IMG/VR virus record: IMGVR_UViG_3300001605_000028
Length of the DNA stretch: 20,000 nt
Source of the DNA: an uncultured virus (IMG/VR IMGVR_UViG_3300001605_000028)
Lineage: Duplodnaviria; Heunggongvirae; Uroviricota; Caudoviricetes
Direction: 5' to 3' (one strand)
Made by a program: the position numbers and the translations under genes. This document shows, piece after piece, positions 17,451 through 20,000 of the stretch (within the stretch, counting starts at the first letter, position 1; every line of letters starts with the position of its first letter). Under the pieces are notes generated by a model that had not been told where the DNA came from, made no database searches, and worked only from the letters and a program-made list of their open reading frames with translations.

Positions 17451-18529
17451 TGGCAAAAGCATTTGATATTAGTAAATTTAGAAAATCGATTACAAAGTCT
17501 ATCGAAGGCCTAAGTATTGGTTTCAATGACCCAACTGATTGGGTTTCAACAGGCAACTATGCCCTTAACTATTTGATTAGCGGCGACTTTAATCGCGGTG
17601 TACCGTTAGGTAAAGTAACAGTATTTGCTGGCGAATCAGGAGCAGGTAAGAGTTATATTTGTTCGGGTAATCTTATTCGCCACGCACAAGAACAGGGCAT
17701 TTATCCTATCCTTATCGATAGTGAAAACGCTCTTGATGAAAAATGGTTACACGCACTTGGTGTAGATACATCTGAAGGTAAATTGTTAAAACTTAACATG
17801 GCCATGATTGACGATGTGGCTAAAACTATTCATGAGTTTATGAATGAGTACAAAGCAATGGCTGACGAAGACAAGCCTAAGGTATTGTTCGTTATCGATT
17901 CGCTGGGTATGTTGTTAACTCCCACAGACGTTAATCAGTTTGAAGCAGGTGACTTAAAAGGTGATATGGGTCGTAAACCTAAGGCACTGACAGCACTTGT
18001 TCGTAACTGTGTAAACATGTTTGGTAGCCATAACGTTGGCTTAGTTTGTACTAATCACACATACGCTTCGCAAGATATGTTCGACCCAGACGATAAGATC
18101 AGCGGCGGACAGGGCTTTATCTATGCTAGCTCAATTGTTGTTGCGATGCGTAAGTTGAAGTTGAAAACCGACGCAGATGGCAATAAGACTACAACTGTTA
18201 ATGGTATTCGTGCCGCTTGTAAGATCATGAAAACTCGTTACGCAAAACCGTTTGAAAGCGTACAAGTTGAGATCCCGTACGAAACAGGTATGAGTCCATA
18301 TAGCGGATTAGTTGACCTGTTCGAAGCAAAGAACATTCTTAAGAAAGAAGGCAACAGTCTAGTCTATGTGACCAAAGACGGCGAAATTATCAAGCAGTTC
18401 CGTAAGGCTTGGGAACGTAATGAGAAAGATGGTTTAACAATCATGATGGAAGAAATTTCAAAACATGGCGAAATTTCTGAATCGGGGATAACTAATACAG
18501 TTGAACCTGAAACGGAGACTCAAGAATGA
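17450..18529 (+). CDS. uvsX: RecA-like recombinase UvsX
   Basis: STGNYALNYLISG, Walker A GESGAGKS, IDSENA, Walker B FVIDSLG, TNHTY, SGGQG..YASS, KTRY motifs. Confidence 0.95.
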   Translation: MAKAFDISKFRKSITKSIEGLSIGFNDPTDWVSTGNYALNYLISGDFNRGVPLGKVTVFAGESGAGKSYICSGNLIRHAQEQGIYPILIDSENALDEKWLHALGVDTSEGKLLKLNMAMIDDVAKTIHEFMNEYKAMADEDKPKVLFVIDSLGMLLTPTDVNQFEAGDLKGDMGRKPKALTALVRNCVNMFGSHNVGLVCTNHTYASQDMFDPDDKISGGQGFIYASSIVVAMRKLKLKTDADGNKTTTVNGIRAACKIMKTRYAKPFESVQVEIPYETGMSPYSGLVDLFEAKNILKKEGNSLVYVTKDGEIIKQFRKAWERNEKDGLTIMMEEISKHGEISESGITNTVEPETETQE

Positions 18530-18765
18530 AAGAAGACTTAATTGCCGACCTGTGGAATGTAATGAGTGAGCACATTCCAGAAAAACATAAGAAAGATGTA
18601 GCTGCTGACTTTGTTAATACCTTAATGGATTATGGTATCAAAGAGTCTATCTTAGACAACTTGTTAGGCATTGATCCTTACCTAGACCAAGCAATTGAAT
18701 ATTCTCTAGATGGCGAAAGCTACGAAGAAGAAGATGATATTGATTATTCAGAAGATGAGGAATAA
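18526..18765 (+). CDS. Small acidic hypothetical protein (79 aa)
   Basis: ATGA overlap with the uvsX stop and TAATG overlap with uvsY; highly acidic C-terminus. Confidence 0.78.
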   Translation: MKEDLIADLWNVMSEHIPEKHKKDVAADFVNTLMDYGIKESILDNLLGIDPYLDQAIEYSLDGESYEEEDDIDYSEDEE

Positions 18766-19222
18766 TGAACTGGTACGACAAGGTATCTAAAGATATTAGC
18801 AACATTCCTGATGCTGCTGCCTACTATGAACAAGAGTTGTTAGCAGCAAAATTAGAATGTAAAATCTTAGGCAATATCGAAAAAGCAGCATCACAGATGC
18901 CAGGAACTGTCGAAAATCGTTTTAATCAGCTACAGGAGATCGAAGCAATTTTAGAGTACTTAAACATAGAATTGCGTCGTCTCCGTAGTCAACATTTTCG
19001 CAAATATTTAGAAAACTATCAACGTGCTTTAAGTTCTAGAGACTGTGAAAAGTTCGTGGATGGTGAATCGGATGTAGTTGATTTTGAAAAGATTATCAAC
19101 GAGTTTGCTTTGCTTAGAAACAAATGGTTAGGTGTTATAAAATCGACTAGATCAAAAACAGTAGGCAACTAACTAACATTGTTAAACTCCGAGTTGCTGG
19201 AATGGAAGACGCCAGTCTTTAA
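18765..19222 (+). CDS. uvsY: Recombination mediator, UvsY-like (151 aa after removing two extra bases)
   Basis: Helical protein in a gp32-uvsX context. Removing one base near 19145 and one near 19163 restores the C-terminus KSLDQKQWQLTNIVKLRVAGMEDASL, resembling the UvsY 'F.IK.I..MR.F.AG' end; 458-2 = 456 nt. Confidence 0.72.
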
Positions 19223-19243
19223 ATTAATAGTTTTTCATGTTGG

Positions 19244-19249
19244 TAAATA
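19244..19249 (+). promoter_or_regulatory. Late-promoter-like TAAATA box
   Basis: GGTAAATA-TCAGC-ATG(19255); no SD. Confidence 0.7.
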
Positions 19250-19254
19250 TCAGC

Positions 19255-20000
19255 ATGAAACGCATTGTATTAATCACAGGGGGTTTCGACCCCCTTCATT
19301 CTGGGCACATTGCCTATATCAAAGCAGCCAAAGCATTAGGTGATATCCTAGTTGTAGGAGTGAATTCCGACGCCTGGTTGACTCGTAAAAAAGGCGCAGC
19401 ATTTATGCCCTATATAGAACGTGCGACCATAGTACGTAATATCGTAGGAGTCGACTTTGTTATAGATTTCAATGATAGTGACGGATCAGCTCGCCACGCT
19501 ATTCAAATGGCTCGCCAGAGCTATCCACAAGACCAAATCATATTTGCCAACGGCGGCGATAGGACCGACGAAAACATCCCAGAGATGGATGTAGTAGATG
19601 ACAACCTAAAGTTTGTTTTCGGCATTGGCGGATTCGATAAAGCAAATTCTAGTTCTTGGATACTACAAGAATGGAAGGCTCCTAAGACAGAGCGGCCTTG
19701 GGGATATTATCGTGTGCTACATGAAACACCGGGTATGAAAGTCAAAGAGCTCACAGTTAATCCCCATCAAAGTCTAAGCATGCAGCGTCATCGGCTACGG
19801 CATGAGTATTGGATCATTAACGATGGCGCTGCTGTGGTCAATTCTATGACTCCTGGGGAATATGCCCTACCTCCTAAACAGTTAAGCAAACATTCAGAAC
19901 ATCATGTGCCATTATTAGAATGGCATCAACTAACCAATCCCTACAACACGCCGCTGAAGGTAGTCGAAATTCAGTACGGAGAGCGATGTGTAGAAGAGGA
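19255..20000 (+). CDS. Cytidylyl/adenylyltransferase (RfaE-II/TagD-like, HxGH) fused to a cupin resembling the type II mannose-6-phosphate isomerase C-terminal domain (runs off the window edge; missed by the ORF track)
   Basis: Manual translation: MKRIVLITGGFDPLHSGHIAYIKAAKALGDILVVGVNSDAWLTRKKG..FMP..ER...FANGGDR...NSSSWIL, then TERPWGYYRVL..KVKELTVNPHQSLSMQRH..RHEYW...WHQLTNP...LKVVEIQYG. The frame is open to the end of the window. Confidence 0.9.
   Translation, partial: MKRIVLITGGFDPLHSGHIAYIKAAKALGDILVVGVNSDAWLTRKKGAAFMPYIERATIVRNIVGVDFVIDFNDSDGSARHAIQMARQSYPQDQIIFANGGDRTDENIPEMDVVDDNLKFVFGIGGFDKANSSSWILQEWKAPKTERPWGYYRVLHETPGMKVKELTVNPHQSLSMQRHRLRHEYWIINDGAAVVNSMTPGEYALPPKQLSKHSEHHVPLLEWHQLTNPYNTPLKVVEIQYGERCVEE

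Noticed and set aside
19279..19294. GGGGGT-TTCG-ACCCCC hairpin resembling a tRNA T-arm or terminator
   Set aside because: It encodes the conserved GGFDP motif. No cloverleaf forms around it and there is no U-tract, though a minor regulatory role cannot be excluded.
1..20000. CRISPR arrays, tRNA/rRNA genes, IS elements
   Set aside because: None seen. Intergenic spaces are short and are mostly explained by promoters, leaders and terminators.

Overview
This is a fragment of a large T4-like (contractile-tailed) bacteriophage genome from a divergent lineage. It carries a late structural and packaging module: gp15- and gp14-like genes on the minus strand diverging from gp13, then dNMP kinase, an antisense Zn-finger/HNH gene, a very large gp18 tail sheath, gp19 tail tube, a tube-paralog baseplate protein, gp4 head-completion nuclease, probable small terminase, large terminase and several unknown, probably head-internal proteins. 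A recombination module follows (gp32 SSB, UvsX, UvsY), then a cytidylyltransferase-cupin fusion. About 13 extra single bases, probably sequencing errors, break four genes that the ORF track misses or splits. The most striking signal is a T4 late-promoter-like TAAATA box exactly 5 nt upstream of the ATG of seven genes, six of them with no Shine-Dalgarno. This implies a largely leaderless late transcriptome, while sheath, tube and SSB keep SD-containing leaders. All protein assignments come from motif recognition and gene context, not database searches.
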